Source: an uncultured Spartobacteria bacterium (GTDB lineage: Bacteria; Verrucomicrobiota; Verrucomicrobiia; Chthoniobacterales; UBA6821). Taken from it: a stretch of 64,000 nucleotides of DNA. Below the pieces are notes generated by a model. It was not told the DNA's origin and did not search any database. It saw only the letters and a program-made list of their open reading frames with translations. Location: positions 5,589-69,588 of the forward strand of contig CAIPWR010000108.1 in assembly GCA_903868795.1 (NCBI GenBank), written 5' to 3'. A program made the position numbers and the translations under genes. Shown one piece after another: positions 10,520-21,126 of this stretch. Within the stretch, counting starts at the first letter, position 1; each line of letters opens with the position of its first letter.

Positions 10520-11221
10520 ATGAATCCATTTGCATCACCTAAAGGTCTACTCTTCCTGATCATTCTCCTGACCATGTCAGTAAACCTGCTCGGAGATACT
10601 CAAAAAGATTCGGTTGGCGACATTTCACCACTGAGGACCATGATCGCCTTACAGAAGTCGATTCATACATTATCTGCTGATTTTTCTCAAAGCCGGTCGT
10701 TAAAGACCCTACGCGATCCAATCATCAGTCACGGAAAACTCTGGATACAACCCCAACAGTTCTTCCGCTGGGAGCTTGGAACTCCACCTAAAACAATCGT
10801 TATAGGAACTCCAACTGAAACAACTGTCATCCAACCATTCAAAAAGACCGCTTCTAAAAAGATCCGCTCATCACCAACTGGGGGTACTGACACCTGTGAG
10901 GCATTTGGGATGATGTCTCTTCCTGGAAATGGAGACTTTGATGATTTTCAACGAGAAGTCCGGATTCTTAAAACTGAGAACTCAGCGGGTATATTCCATG
11001 TGGAGTTTATTCCAAAAAACATCGAACAGGTCCGTGGACTGACCGCAATCAGATTGGATTTTAACTCTCAAACTGGACAGTGGATCCGGCTGGAGTTCCT
11101 GACTCGCGATGGATCATCCATCCGCAACGACTTCACAGATATTAAAATTAACCAGACTTTGGATCCGCACCTCTTCGAGTACAATCTGACTGGATTCAGG
11201 ATCAGCGATGAAAAGAAATAA
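10520..11221 (+). CDS. LolA-like lipoprotein-carrier family protein
   Basis: Signal peptide, size, and position directly upstream of the MMPL gene, as in aryl-polyene clusters. Confidence 0.55.
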   Translation: MNPFASPKGLLFLIILLTMSVNLLGDTQKDSVGDISPLRTMIALQKSIHTLSADFSQSRSLKTLRDPIISHGKLWIQPQQFFRWELGTPPKTIVIGTPTETTVIQPFKKTASKKIRSSPTGGTDTCEAFGMMSLPGNGDFDDFQREVRILKTENSAGIFHVEFIPKNIEQVRGLTAIRLDFNSQTGQWIRLEFLTRDGSSIRNDFTDIKINQTLDPHLFEYNLTGFRISDEKK

Positions 11222-13577
11222 AGCGCTTTGGATTCTGCTATGCCTAGGCGCAACTGCCTACATCGCATTGGGGTTGTCGAGAATCAGCTTCAACGTCGAC
11301 ATCCTACGCCTGCTTCCTTCCCAACTTCATCAGGTTGAGGGGCTCTCTCTTTTCCTAAGGAACTTTGCCCTGCCAAATGAACTGATCATTACCATTAATG
11401 CTTCCGATGCAGAGACAGCAAGTGCCTCAGCGGATAGGGTATCAGAGGCTTTATCAAGCAACCCAAGTCTAGTCAGCCGCGTTGTCGATACTCCTCCATG
11501 GGAGAAAAACCCCGCAACTCTTGCGGAATGTTTGAGCTTCTTGTTGATCAATCAATCATCAGAAAAAACTGATGGTCTAGTTGCGAGCCTCGGGCCTGCT
11601 CAGGCTGAAGAAACCTTAAAGACAACACTACAAGATCTAACCGACTCGATTTCACCACGCGATATGGCCCTGCTGAGTTGGGATCCGTATAGGCTCTCCT
11701 CTTCGCTCATAGAGAACTCAGCACTCAGTTCTTCGCAGCGATCAGCATTCTCATCCCCAGATGGGAGGTTTCGTGTTGTTTATGTAGAGTCTCCCAAGAC
11801 ATTCTCGAACTACAAAGAGACAGCTGAATGGCTCAAAAAAATCAGAGGAGTCGCCACGGCAGCAGTCGTTGGAAAGGATGTGCAACTCGGCTTTACAGGT
11901 GAGCCTGCATTTGTTGCCGAGATATCGACAGGAATGCAATGGGACATGGTTACCTCGGCTGTTACCACCATGGCGCTCATCACGTTCCTTTTTTGGATCT
12001 GTTATCTAGAGATCTCACCACTTCGTTGGCTCCTTTTGCTGCTTCAGTTGATCTTTCTCGTCTCTCTTGCCACAGCTGGGTTATTCCTTAACCAACTCAC
12101 CGCAATAGGTGCTGGATTCGCGTCGGTGATGATAGGTCTTAGTGTCGATTATGGGTACTTTATCTACCAGCAGTCCCTACGACATTCTGGAAGCGTTTCA
12201 GAGTTACAGTGGAAATGCCTCCGGAACATCCTTTGGACATCAAGCACCACCGCTGCGGCCTTCTTTTCGCTGAATCTTAGCAGTCTTCCGGGTCTTTCTC
12301 AACTTGGGAACATGGTTGGTATAGGGGTTTGTGTCGGAGTCATCGTCATGCTTGGGGTCTTTACGCCACTTTGCATTAAGTTTCGGAGTTCTGGGAGCCC
12401 CCTTCCTTCCTCGAAGATTGATCAGATTTTCTCGTCATCCCGTTTCATTAAGTTCGGAGAACTCATGGCTATCACCATGGTGATCGTCTGCCTGGGTACT
12501 TTGATCTTGAAGGGGTTCCCTCATGCGGACTTCTCCCCATCAACTCTTCGCCCTAAAAACAGTCAATCTCATCATGCCCTCGAACAGCTTTCGCATAATC
12601 TTGGAGTCCAGAAGAGCGAACTAAATCTGGTCGTTACTGGTAGAGACGAAACGGAAGTGCTCATCCGGCTACAGAAGACCCAAAAGCATCTTGAGGAAGC
12701 TAAGAGGGGTGGAAAAATACGAAGCTTCATCTCCCCACTTGTGCTTTGGCCTGACTCAGCCAATCAACAAAGGAACCTTTCCTCCCTCGGATCTCTTGAG
12801 AAGGATCTCCCCCGATTGAAGAGTTCTCTTTTCAATGCTGGCTTCAATGAGGGCGCTTTCTCGTTCACTTCAGATGTATTGGGACAGATAGCAGCATGGC
12901 AGACGATAACTCCTCCGATCTGGCCTTCTAACCCAACAAGCCAATGGATTCTTCAACGATTGGCACGCCATACGAATGGAAGCTTTATGGCACTTGGCAT
13001 CGTAGAGCCTGTCCCAGGTTTTGAACGATCTCTTGTTGAAGAATTCAGTAGTGATGGTGTGTATCTCGTAAGTTGGGAAATTTTATCGAAGGAACTTGAA
13101 CAGCTCCTACCCAAGGAAATCATTTTGGTCTCCTTAGGTCTCATTTCTGGGATTCTGGTTATCTTGGCTTTTGGTCTGCGCAGCATCAAAGCCTTGGGCC
13201 TTTTTATTGCTACAACACTCTTGGTTCTCCTCTGCCTTACCGGGGCTATGTCACTTCTGGGGATGACTTGGGGGCTTCTCAATCTTGCAGCAGTTCTACT
13301 GCTTCTAGGTACCGGGACCGACTACAGCATCTTGTTCCTACTAGCACTTCGACGGAATGGAGGCGACATCTCGGCAGCGTATAATGAACTTGGGCTGGTG
13401 ATTTTCCTGTGCTGCACTTCTGCGGCAGTTGGTTTTGGATCCCTTGCATGGGCCAGCAACCTCGGCCTGGCTGCCCTGGGTAAAACCTGTTCTTTAGGTC
13501 TCCTCATTGATGGAGTGATCTCTCTCTTTCTATTGCCCCGACTCTGGAGGTCCCTTTTTACAGAAAAGAAGGCCTGA
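11208..13577 (+). CDS. MMPL/RND-superfamily exporter
   Basis: 789 aa with two blocks of multiple transmembrane segments separated by large soluble domains. Confidence 0.75.
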   Translation: MKRNKALWILLCLGATAYIALGLSRISFNVDILRLLPSQLHQVEGLSLFLRNFALPNELIITINASDAETASASADRVSEALSSNPSLVSRVVDTPPWEKNPATLAECLSFLLINQSSEKTDGLVASLGPAQAEETLKTTLQDLTDSISPRDMALLSWDPYRLSSSLIENSALSSSQRSAFSSPDGRFRVVYVESPKTFSNYKETAEWLKKIRGVATAAVVGKDVQLGFTGEPAFVAEISTGMQWDMVTSAVTTMALITFLFWICYLEISPLRWLLLLLQLIFLVSLATAGLFLNQLTAIGAGFASVMIGLSVDYGYFIYQQSLRHSGSVSELQWKCLRNILWTSSTTAAAFFSLNLSSLPGLSQLGNMVGIGVCVGVIVMLGVFTPLCIKFRSSGSPLPSSKIDQIFSSSRFIKFGELMAITMVIVCLGTLILKGFPHADFSPSTLRPKNSQSHHALEQLSHNLGVQKSELNLVVTGRDETEVLIRLQKTQKHLEEAKRGGKIRSFISPLVLWPDSANQQRNLSSLGSLEKDLPRLKSSLFNAGFNEGAFSFTSDVLGQIAAWQTITPPIWPSNPTSQWILQRLARHTNGSFMALGIVEPVPGFERSLVEEFSSDGVYLVSWEILSKELEQLLPKEIILVSLGLISGILVILAFGLRSIKALGLFIATTLLVLLCLTGAMSLLGMTWGLLNLAAVLLLLGTGTDYSILFLLALRRNGGDISAAYNELGLVIFLCCTSAAVGFGSLAWASNLGLAALGKTCSLGLLIDGVISLFLLPRLWRSLFTEKKA

Positions 13578-13645
13578 AGTCACTTCATAGAGGGCATTTT
13601 GGTCAGAATGACCTCCTCATTGTTTTCAAAATCTGATGTTTTGTT

Positions 13646-14866
13646 GTGATGCCCTCCGTGAATTCATCCAAGCCTGTGATTACAGGATACGGCTGCGTTA
13701 CGCCTCTGGGAGTGGATGTGGAGTCCACGTGGACAGGAATCATTGAAGGAAGGACTGCGAGGAGCCCCATCTCTGCCATCGAGGTTCAAGGGTGCAGAGT
13801 CACTGAAGGTGCGCAGGCAATACTTCCTGAAATACCCTCTCTATCCAAGAAACAGCTTTCTCGTCTTAGTCGTTCCTCCCGACTCGCTCTTCCCGCTGTT
13901 GAAGAGGCACTTCAAATGGCGGGGCTTTTAGACTCCCGAGGAACATCGATCTATCCCCGAATCGAGATGTCGATCAGTACAACTGCATGCGGCATGGAAA
14001 TGGGGGAACAGTTTCTAAACTCTATCTGGCAGGACCATGGCCAAGGGCAAACTGCTAAAGTGGCCCACTATCAAGCCCAACAGCAGGTTAGCGAGATCCA
14101 CCGTCATTTTCGTTTCCACGGCCCCGCAATGATCGTGGCAAATGCCTGCGCTGGAGGGGGCAATGCGATTGGACATGCGGCTGATCTGATCAGGGCTGAT
14201 ATGGCTGATATTGTTCTGGCGGGCGGATATGACGCCCTCTGCGAACTGGTTTACGCTGGGTTTGATTCTCTACAGACACTGGCTCCTGATGCGTGTCGAC
14301 CTTTTGATCGGGGTCGCCGAGGCCTGATGCTTGGCGAGGGGGCGGCTTTTATTGTTCTTGAGAGCGAAGCCCATGCTGAAAAAAGGGGGGCAACAATTCA
14401 TGCTCGTGTTGCCGGTTACGGCCAGACGACTGATACTTTTCATCTCACCCAACCCTCTCAGGATGGAAAACCTCTTGAGAAGGCCATGAGGCAAGCGCTA
14501 CAGGAAGCATCTCTTTCTCCCAGTGATATCGGATATGTGAATGCTCATGGTACCGGTACCCCATTCAATGATGGGGCTGAGGGAAAGGCCTTCGCTAATG
14601 TGTTTGAAGGGCATTCGACCCGACTCAGTTCCACGAAATCAGCCATTGGGCATACTCTTGGAGCTGCTGGTGCTATTGAAGCGCTGATTTGTATTAAAGC
14701 ACTACAAACTGGAATATTACCTCCGCAGATTAATCTCCAAGATCCCGAGCCTCTTGTCTCAAAAGCCTTGGTGAAAATGGACGAACGTGCCGATCTTAAA
14801 GCTGCAATAAGTGTCAATCTAGGCTTCGGTGGCTCTAATGCCGCACTCTTGCTTACCCGGCCATGA
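13646..14866 (+). CDS. beta-ketoacyl-ACP synthase (KAS II-like)
   Basis: Active-site ANACAGG, plus HGTGT and NLGFGGSNA motifs. Confidence 0.9.
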   Translation: MMPSVNSSKPVITGYGCVTPLGVDVESTWTGIIEGRTARSPISAIEVQGCRVTEGAQAILPEIPSLSKKQLSRLSRSSRLALPAVEEALQMAGLLDSRGTSIYPRIEMSISTTACGMEMGEQFLNSIWQDHGQGQTAKVAHYQAQQQVSEIHRHFRFHGPAMIVANACAGGGNAIGHAADLIRADMADIVLAGGYDALCELVYAGFDSLQTLAPDACRPFDRGRRGLMLGEGAAFIVLESEAHAEKRGATIHARVAGYGQTTDTFHLTQPSQDGKPLEKAMRQALQEASLSPSDIGYVNAHGTGTPFNDGAEGKAFANVFEGHSTRLSSTKSAIGHTLGAAGAIEALICIKALQTGILPPQINLQDPEPLVSKALVKMDERADLKAAISVNLGFGGSNAALLLTRP

Positions 14867-15864
14867 GAATTGGAATCCTTTCCTCTGGCGCGGTGACCCC
14901 AGGTTGCATTGGGGTAGAGTCATTGGACTCTCCATGGCCTCAAAAGCTTGTAGTAAGTGGGTCTGGAAAACATTCCTACAATGCCTCCCTCGTAGACCAA
15001 TCTCTGCCTGAGATAACTCGATGGGGGAAAGAACCCCGACTTCGGAGAGCCAGCCCCATCGCCTACTATATGACCGAAGCGGCTTCGCAGGCGCTTTCCG
15101 CTGTCCCTGACATCAATCTATCACGCACGGGGGTCATTGCTTCGTTCTTCCTTGGCTGCCTTGTCTACTCAGTCCGCTTCTACAAGCAAATGACCACTGA
15201 AGGTCGCCGATTTGCTAGTCCGATCCTGTTCCCGGAGACGGTCTTTAACAGCCCTGTAAGTCACCTTGTATCGACTCTTGGAACTTCGGGACCAGTCTAC
15301 TCGCAAGTAGGAGATAAATCCTGCTGGGCCAACTCTCTCCGTACTGCTGAATGTTGGATGCGCAGAGGAAACGTCGACAATGTCCTTTTGATTGGTGCTG
15401 AGGAATTTGATCCCTACCAACTCGATGCTTTTCATTCTGCTGGATGGATGCGTGGAAATGGCTTGGTGCCGGGGGAGGGGGCGGGGGCCATCCTCCTGAC
15501 TTCAAAACCATCTGATCAATCAGTGATACTAGCCGGGCTATCTGACGGTTATTGTTACTCCTCAAAGTCTGAGGCTCTCGCTGCTGGAGTTGAATGCCTC
15601 GCGGCACACCCTCGTGAGTCCAAGGTAATGCCAACGGCAACCGGATGGGTGCAACAGGTCGAATCCAAAGTTGTTGGAGACCGTATGCTTTCAGGTATTT
15701 CTCACCCCTTCTGCGAGGCTTCTACTGCCTCTGCTGTTTGGGATACGATCAGAGCTGCAAAGCTTATTAATCAGGGACTGACTCAGGAGCTAATCGTCCC
15801 TTATTGGGGCCTATCCCAACAGTTTGGTGCAGCCAGACTTACAGCACCTTCATTTACTAGCTAG
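14863..15864 (+). CDS. KS-like chain-length-factor-type protein
   Basis: Thiolase-fold-like sequence that lacks the HGTGT histidine motifs. ATGA-coupled to the KS gene. Confidence 0.65.
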   Translation: MRIGILSSGAVTPGCIGVESLDSPWPQKLVVSGSGKHSYNASLVDQSLPEITRWGKEPRLRRASPIAYYMTEAASQALSAVPDINLSRTGVIASFFLGCLVYSVRFYKQMTTEGRRFASPILFPETVFNSPVSHLVSTLGTSGPVYSQVGDKSCWANSLRTAECWMRRGNVDNVLLIGAEEFDPYQLDAFHSAGWMRGNGLVPGEGAGAILLTSKPSDQSVILAGLSDGYCYSSKSEALAAGVECLAAHPRESKVMPTATGWVQQVESKVVGDRMLSGISHPFCEASTASAVWDTIRAAKLINQGLTQELIVPYWGLSQQFGAARLTAPSFTS

Positions 15865-15867
15865 AGA

Positions 15868-17448
15868 TCAATTTATCGCGCCTGCAAATTCAGGCACTGA
15901 ATCAATCGCGGCAGTCGAGGAATCTGGCGATCGGAACCAGGATTTCCACCCCTCCCGAATCTCGAGGAGGAGCCAACCAAACAAGGAACCAATAATGATC
16001 TTAAGAAGTTGGGAGAGCTTGAAGTTGAAGCCCCCAAAGAGGTCTCTACATCCGTTGTTGTGGCAACCGAAACGGCCATCCTTCCTGCGCTGCATACCCA
16101 TAGCCGCCATCCGACGGTTATAGCAGCGCATCAGCCAGAATACGGGCCATGCGTTTTGGTGACTATATGGAGGCTGGGAAAGTTCTTTTCCACCACTTTG
16201 GAAGATCACTTTAGCAACAAAGAGATAGTAGAGACCCACATCCAGCCTGAATGCGATCTTCATAAGATCGAAGTCACCCATGTAATCGTACTTATTCTGG
16301 TAAAGAGCTTCGAGCATCCGTTGGTAGCTCGTAGTGAACTCCCGATTATGACGGGTCAGTTCTTCGGATAGGTTTTTATTCTTTCTCCAAGACATGATCA
16401 CCTTGACTGCCGAGCTTGTTGTAAAAGCAATCCAGTCCATTCCTGGACTGTAGAACGGATCCAGAAATGCTGAGGCATCTCCAGTAAGCACAAAGCCATC
16501 TCCCGCCTGTACTGTTGAACAGTAAGGAAGATTTCTTCGGAAATGAACGTCGCCTTCGATATATTCGGCACCCTGGAGCATTTCGCGGGCGCCGGCATGA
16601 CGTGAGAGGAAGTCCCTGATTTTTTCGCCTACTGGAGCACGATCATCAGGCCATTCTGCCCGGCGTTGATCGATGACAACTCCGATGCTTGTATCCCCTC
16701 CTTTGAGGGAAATCCACCATGCCCACCAACCATCTCCGATCAGATGATTAGTGGCTGTTCCTCGAATTCCCACAAAGGATCGTGAAAAATCAGATTCGGA
16801 ATCTGAAAGAGATGAGTCATCCCAATCCTTAGCTCCTCTCCAGCGGGACCAAGTGGCGAGCGTTGGATGTGTGGGAGTTGGACGATACCAACCATTTGCT
16901 CTGGCAAGCATGCACTTCAATCCCGAAGCATCAATGACCCATCGGGAGCGAAGAATACTCTCTCCCTTATCAGATTTGATCTTGAGCGTCTGATCTCCTC
17001 CTGCAGCAAGATCAACAGAGGTGACCTGAGCAGGGCGCATAACATCGACCCCCTCACTGCGTGCACGATTGAGGACCTCCTCATCAAGAACTGAACGATC
17101 GACTAAAAATGAGGGTACCGTGGAGAGGTATTTTCCGCCAATTTCAGAACACTCTCTAATCCCGGATGCTTGGTCATTTGAAAACCAAAACCTCAGACCA
17201 TTCTTGCAGATTTGAGATTGGGTCAGAAAGCGGGTGAGACCGAGTTTTCGGCAGAGAAAATATCCACTGACCTCTACGGTGGCTTCCCCGACTCGCCTCT
17301 TAAAAGAAGTATTCTTCTCGATAAGAATGATTCGAAGCGATGGATCTTCCCTCTTCAAAAGGAGGGCCGCCGAAGCTCCACTCAAAGCGCCACCTATGAC
17401 AGCGACATCGTAGCACTTCTCATCATTCTTATGGCTGAGATTGTGCAT
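15868..17448 (-). CDS. FAD-dependent halogenase-like oxidoreductase (copy 3, divergent)
   Basis: VIGGALSGAS, GEATVE, and GWWAWWIS (WxWxIS, a variant of WxWxIP). Confidence 0.65.
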   Translation of the reverse strand: MHNLSHKNDEKCYDVAVIGGALSGASAALLLKREDPSLRIILIEKNTSFKRRVGEATVEVSGYFLCRKLGLTRFLTQSQICKNGLRFWFSNDQASGIRECSEIGGKYLSTVPSFLVDRSVLDEEVLNRARSEGVDVMRPAQVTSVDLAAGGDQTLKIKSDKGESILRSRWVIDASGLKCMLARANGWYRPTPTHPTLATWSRWRGAKDWDDSSLSDSESDFSRSFVGIRGTATNHLIGDGWWAWWISLKGGDTSIGVVIDQRRAEWPDDRAPVGEKIRDFLSRHAGAREMLQGAEYIEGDVHFRRNLPYCSTVQAGDGFVLTGDASAFLDPFYSPGMDWIAFTTSSAVKVIMSWRKNKNLSEELTRHNREFTTSYQRMLEALYQNKYDYMGDFDLMKIAFRLDVGLYYLFVAKVIFQSGGKELSQPPYSHQNAWPVFWLMRCYNRRMAAMGMQRRKDGRFGCHNNGCRDLFGGFNFKLSQLLKIIIGSLFGWLLLEIREGWKSWFRSPDSSTAAIDSVPEFAGAIN

Positions 17449-17463
17449 ATTGTGCGACTATAA

Positions 17464-18504
17464 GTGTCTCGACCTTACGCCTGCAACGGAGTAATTGGCT
17501 TGTCCTCCTCTATGCGCAAATACTGGCTCGCCATCATACAGGCGGCTTTTTCAGTCTTTCTGATCTGGCACATCTTTTCAAATCCCGCCCTCAGAGGGGA
17601 GGCGTCAAAAGTCTTTTCGGCGGCAAATCCTCAGTGGTTGTTTTTTGGGCTCCTCTTAGCCCTGTTGAATGAAACTCTAGCTGCCGTGAGATGGTGGTTA
17701 GTTCTACGCGCTTTCGGCACGCCGGTCTCACTGGGACGAGTGTTCGTCTTTTGTGGAGCCGGTGCGTTTTTTTCTCTTGGGTTACCCGGAACAGGAGGGG
17801 GGGATGCATTCCGGATTCTTTATATCATTCGACTCTACCCTCAAAAGAAACTCAGGGCATCGCTCACAGTCTTGGCAGACAGACTTTGTGGTCTCGTTGC
17901 CTTGATTCTAGCTCTAAGCATTTCTTTGCTTGTGAACTGGCCCCTTTTTGAGGCCCACCCGATAACCCACAAGCTCCTGACGATCTCAGTATCCATACTC
18001 AGCTCGGCTGTTTTTCTCATTTTCCTGTGGTGGCTTACTACGCTCCCTGGGATTCGCTCTCTATGGGTTCCTGGATTCTTGTCCCCCTTGAGGAGACGAT
18101 TTCATCATTTGGGTCATATCTTTAGTGGCTTAGGGGCACGCCCGATCTTGATCCTCCTGGGAATTATTGCGTCAATCGGAGCGACCCTAGCGCACTTCAG
18201 CACCTATTTCTTCAGCGCAAAAGCCTTTGCCGTATCACTCGGTATGATGGACATCTTTGCGATCATGCCGGTAGTGGATACCTTGGTTGCTATTCCAATC
18301 ACTCTTTTTGGGATAGGCCTTCGAGAAACTCTCTTTCAAGAGCTTCTCGGAACCATCTATTCAGTTCCAGGAGGGGCTGCTGCCCTCATCTCTCTTGGCG
18401 GGTTTGGATTGCAGGCAACGGTTTCGATTCTCGGTGGGTTACTTGTGCCCTTTACATCGGCCGCATCCAGATCAACGGAACATACTGCTTCGGATCAAAC
18501 TTAA
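17464..18504 (+). CDS. polytopic membrane protein, flippase-like/LPG-synthase TM-region (UPF0104-like) family
   Basis: About 8 hydrophobic segments and a GTGGGDAFR motif. The assignment is tentative. Confidence 0.5.
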   Translation: MSRPYACNGVIGLSSSMRKYWLAIIQAAFSVFLIWHIFSNPALRGEASKVFSAANPQWLFFGLLLALLNETLAAVRWWLVLRAFGTPVSLGRVFVFCGAGAFFSLGLPGTGGGDAFRILYIIRLYPQKKLRASLTVLADRLCGLVALILALSISLLVNWPLFEAHPITHKLLTISVSILSSAVFLIFLWWLTTLPGIRSLWVPGFLSPLRRRFHHLGHIFSGLGARPILILLGIIASIGATLAHFSTYFFSAKAFAVSLGMMDIFAIMPVVDTLVAIPITLFGIGLRETLFQELLGTIYSVPGGAAALISLGGFGLQATVSILGGLLVPFTSAASRSTEHTASDQT

Positions 18505-18516
18505 AACACGGTAATT

Positions 18517-19809
18517 TTATCTCAGCAGATCTCCTCTGATCATCTGCTCCATGGTTGTGACCTCCTCCGTGGAAATCACTCCAACGCGCCAACACAGAGT
18601 TCCAGTAAGGCGCCCGTCCCTTTCGCTAAAAAACAAGCCGGTGCCAGGAGGCTGAGAGACTGAGGGCACATGCCACCCATCCTGAATAGCTCCTCCGCAG
18701 AAGCTCTGAATTCCCGACATGAATGTCGCAGTATGAGCGTGGAAAAACGAAGAAATCTGTCCCGAAGCCTCTCTCTTCATAAATATCCGGTAGATATTCA
18801 GGGGAAGTCGCCTCATCCAATTCGTCATGATTAAAAAGGCTTCATCGAAGCCCGATTTGGCCATGGAGCTGTACTGATCTAGGAGCATTCTTGCAGCAGT
18901 TTCCAAAGACTCCGTCTCAGACAGCTTCAACGAGAAAAACATTTGGGAAACCTGATTCTGGAAAATTGGTCCATTCGCTCCCCTCTTTCTTTTTTGTAGG
19001 GAGATGGGGCACTCCAAGGATCCATTGTGTATTCCTCTTTCAACCAGCACCCGCCTATGTCCTCTCATCGCAACTGCGAGGAAATAAGGGAGAAGAAAAA
19101 TCCCCCCTGTGAGTTGTTGAGCCTTCTGCCTAATGATCTCTGATTCCTTTTCTGTAAACCTGATCAGTAAGAAATCAGAAACATTAGAACCTTTTGCTTC
19201 TTCCCCGGCCGATCTGACCTGTTCATTACGCAGGATCCAGTATCTATCGATGAACGGCTTTACGGCTTTCAACTTATCTCTCAACCCCATTGGCCGAACA
19301 TCGGGGATGCTGTGCGATGAAGTCCGGCTATCTGGATTACTGGAGCTAGCAGACAGTCGCGAGATCTCTGCTAGAGCCAATTCTGCGCCCTTTCCATCAA
19401 AAATGAGATGACTCCAGCTCATCAGCACCACGGTATCCTCGCACACCGAAACCACATCAATCCGCATCATTCCCCTCCATTCAGTAGTCAGAAGCTTTTT
19501 TGCCAAGTCGAGTGGATCCCTTTGCTGAGAGTGTTCCTTCACCTCGATCTCTGGAACACCGGCTTTCTTCCAGCAAGGGACGGCTCCCGGATAAGCGCGA
19601 CTAATCCTGGCGTGAAGCATTGGATGGCTTGCTGCAAAACGGTCTACTCCAGACTTAAGAGCTGAAATGGAAAACCCTTTGCCCACCGCAACCATGGTGA
19701 CGCATCGGTGGTGCCCCTGTCCGGACTTAGTCATGTAATCGTCCAGAGCTGCAATATAGCAGTCACACCCACTAAGTGGTGCGTTCCATGTAGTGTCTTC
19801 TAAAGACAT
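18517..19809 (-). CDS. condensation-domain-like acyltransferase
   Basis: WSHLIFDGKG matches the HxxxDG condensation/acyltransferase motif. The start is taken at the internal ATG (19809) to avoid overlapping umuC. Confidence 0.5.
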   Translation of the reverse strand: MSLEDTTWNAPLSGCDCYIAALDDYMTKSGQGHHRCVTMVAVGKGFSISALKSGVDRFAASHPMLHARISRAYPGAVPCWKKAGVPEIEVKEHSQQRDPLDLAKKLLTTEWRGMMRIDVVSVCEDTVVLMSWSHLIFDGKGAELALAEISRLSASSSNPDSRTSSHSIPDVRPMGLRDKLKAVKPFIDRYWILRNEQVRSAGEEAKGSNVSDFLLIRFTEKESEIIRQKAQQLTGGIFLLPYFLAVAMRGHRRVLVERGIHNGSLECPISLQKRKRGANGPIFQNQVSQMFFSLKLSETESLETAARMLLDQYSSMAKSGFDEAFLIMTNWMRRLPLNIYRIFMKREASGQISSFFHAHTATFMSGIQSFCGGAIQDGWHVPSVSQPPGTGLFFSERDGRLTGTLCWRVGVISTEEVTTMEQMIRGDLLR

Positions 19810-19835
19810 ATTAAGAAGGTGGCAGATGACATGGG

Positions 19836-21110
19836 TTATACCTGTGCCACTGGTAGTTGCTTCCAATTGGTCGTGTAGTGCGGGGAATGCCTCTCTGATC
19901 TCATCTTCCAGCCCTTGACTGAGCCTTCAGTTCCTTGGGATGCACGGGTGATTACAGGATTCTTGGGATCACCCATGCGGCGGTTGATCTCATCCACGAT
20001 CTTGTCCACATCGATCCGGGCCTTGGGCTGATCAAATAGGCCGGGCTGGTACTCATCCTCGCTCACCAGATTTACAAGCTGCACTCCAGTTTTCTTGTAG
20101 CGGTAGCCGGGCCGGTAGATCTGTTGGAGGAGATCTCGGGCCACAGTCATGAGTTCCGCTGAAGAATGAGTTGGTCGATCCAGCGTGATGGCAATCCCAC
20201 GGGAATACTGGGGCTCATCCCTCATGAAGCGGTTGGTCTGGAGGAAGACCTCTATTCGGGTAGCAAGCAGACCAAAGCGACGGACTTTTTCACTGGCGCG
20301 GGCCACATGATTAGCAAGGGCCTCTTCCAGCTCCTCTAGGAGCTCTACAGGACTTCCAAAGGACCTGCTGGCCATGACTCCCTTCCGGTCTGGAGGCATC
20401 TCTTCCAGCTCTAGGCAGGAGATTCCGTTCAGCTCACGCAGGAGACGCTCCCCGATCACTCCCATGCTCTTCCTGATGGCTGCGGGATCAGCTTGTTTGA
20501 ACTCTAGGGCTGTCTTGACACCCATACCCCTGAGCCGTTGCGCGAGGTTTTTACCAACGCCCCAAAGGTCGCCTGTTTCCATCCCTGTCAGAATCCCATC
20601 AGGATCCCAGTAGCTCGCGAGATCGAAGACCCCGCCAGTGAGATCCTTGTTCTTCTTGGCATGGCGGTTGGAGAGCTTGGCAAGGAGCTTGGTTGAGCCG
20701 ATGCCGATACAGACGGGAATGCCGGTCCACTGAAGCACCTTGGCCCTTAGTACTCGGGCCTGCTCCTCCGTGAATCCCTCTGGAACCTGAAGGAAGGCCT
20801 CATCAATGGAGTAGACCTCGATGGCTGGCACCTCCTCCCGGAGGATCGACATCACTCTGGCACTCATGTCGCCGTAGAGGGTGTAGTTCGAGCTGAAGAC
20901 CTGAACCCCATGCTTTCGGATCACTTCCTGCTGTTCGTGGAGTGGTGCGCCCATGGGAATACCAAGAGCCTTGGCCTCTTCGCTCCGTGAGATGATGCAC
21001 CCGTCATTGTTGGAAAGCACTACGACCGGCTTGTCCTTCAGGGCAGGGTTAAAGACCCTCTCGCAGGAGCAGAAGAAATTGTTGCAGTCGACCAGAGCGA
21101 GGCGGTTCAT
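19836..21110 (-). CDS. umuC: Y-family DNA polymerase V catalytic subunit UmuC
   Basis: MNRLALVDCNNFFCSCERVFNP and VVVLSNNDGC motifs. Start placed at the ATG at 21110. Confidence 0.9.
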   Translation of the reverse strand: MNRLALVDCNNFFCSCERVFNPALKDKPVVVLSNNDGCIISRSEEAKALGIPMGAPLHEQQEVIRKHGVQVFSSNYTLYGDMSARVMSILREEVPAIEVYSIDEAFLQVPEGFTEEQARVLRAKVLQWTGIPVCIGIGSTKLLAKLSNRHAKKNKDLTGGVFDLASYWDPDGILTGMETGDLWGVGKNLAQRLRGMGVKTALEFKQADPAAIRKSMGVIGERLLRELNGISCLELEEMPPDRKGVMASRSFGSPVELLEELEEALANHVARASEKVRRFGLLATRIEVFLQTNRFMRDEPQYSRGIAITLDRPTHSSAELMTVARDLLQQIYRPGYRYKKTGVQLVNLVSEDEYQPGLFDQPKARIDVDKIVDEINRRMGDPKNPVITRASQGTEGSVKGWKMRSERHSPHYTTNWKQLPVAQV

Positions 21111-21126
21111 GAGCTTAATCAAGCAA

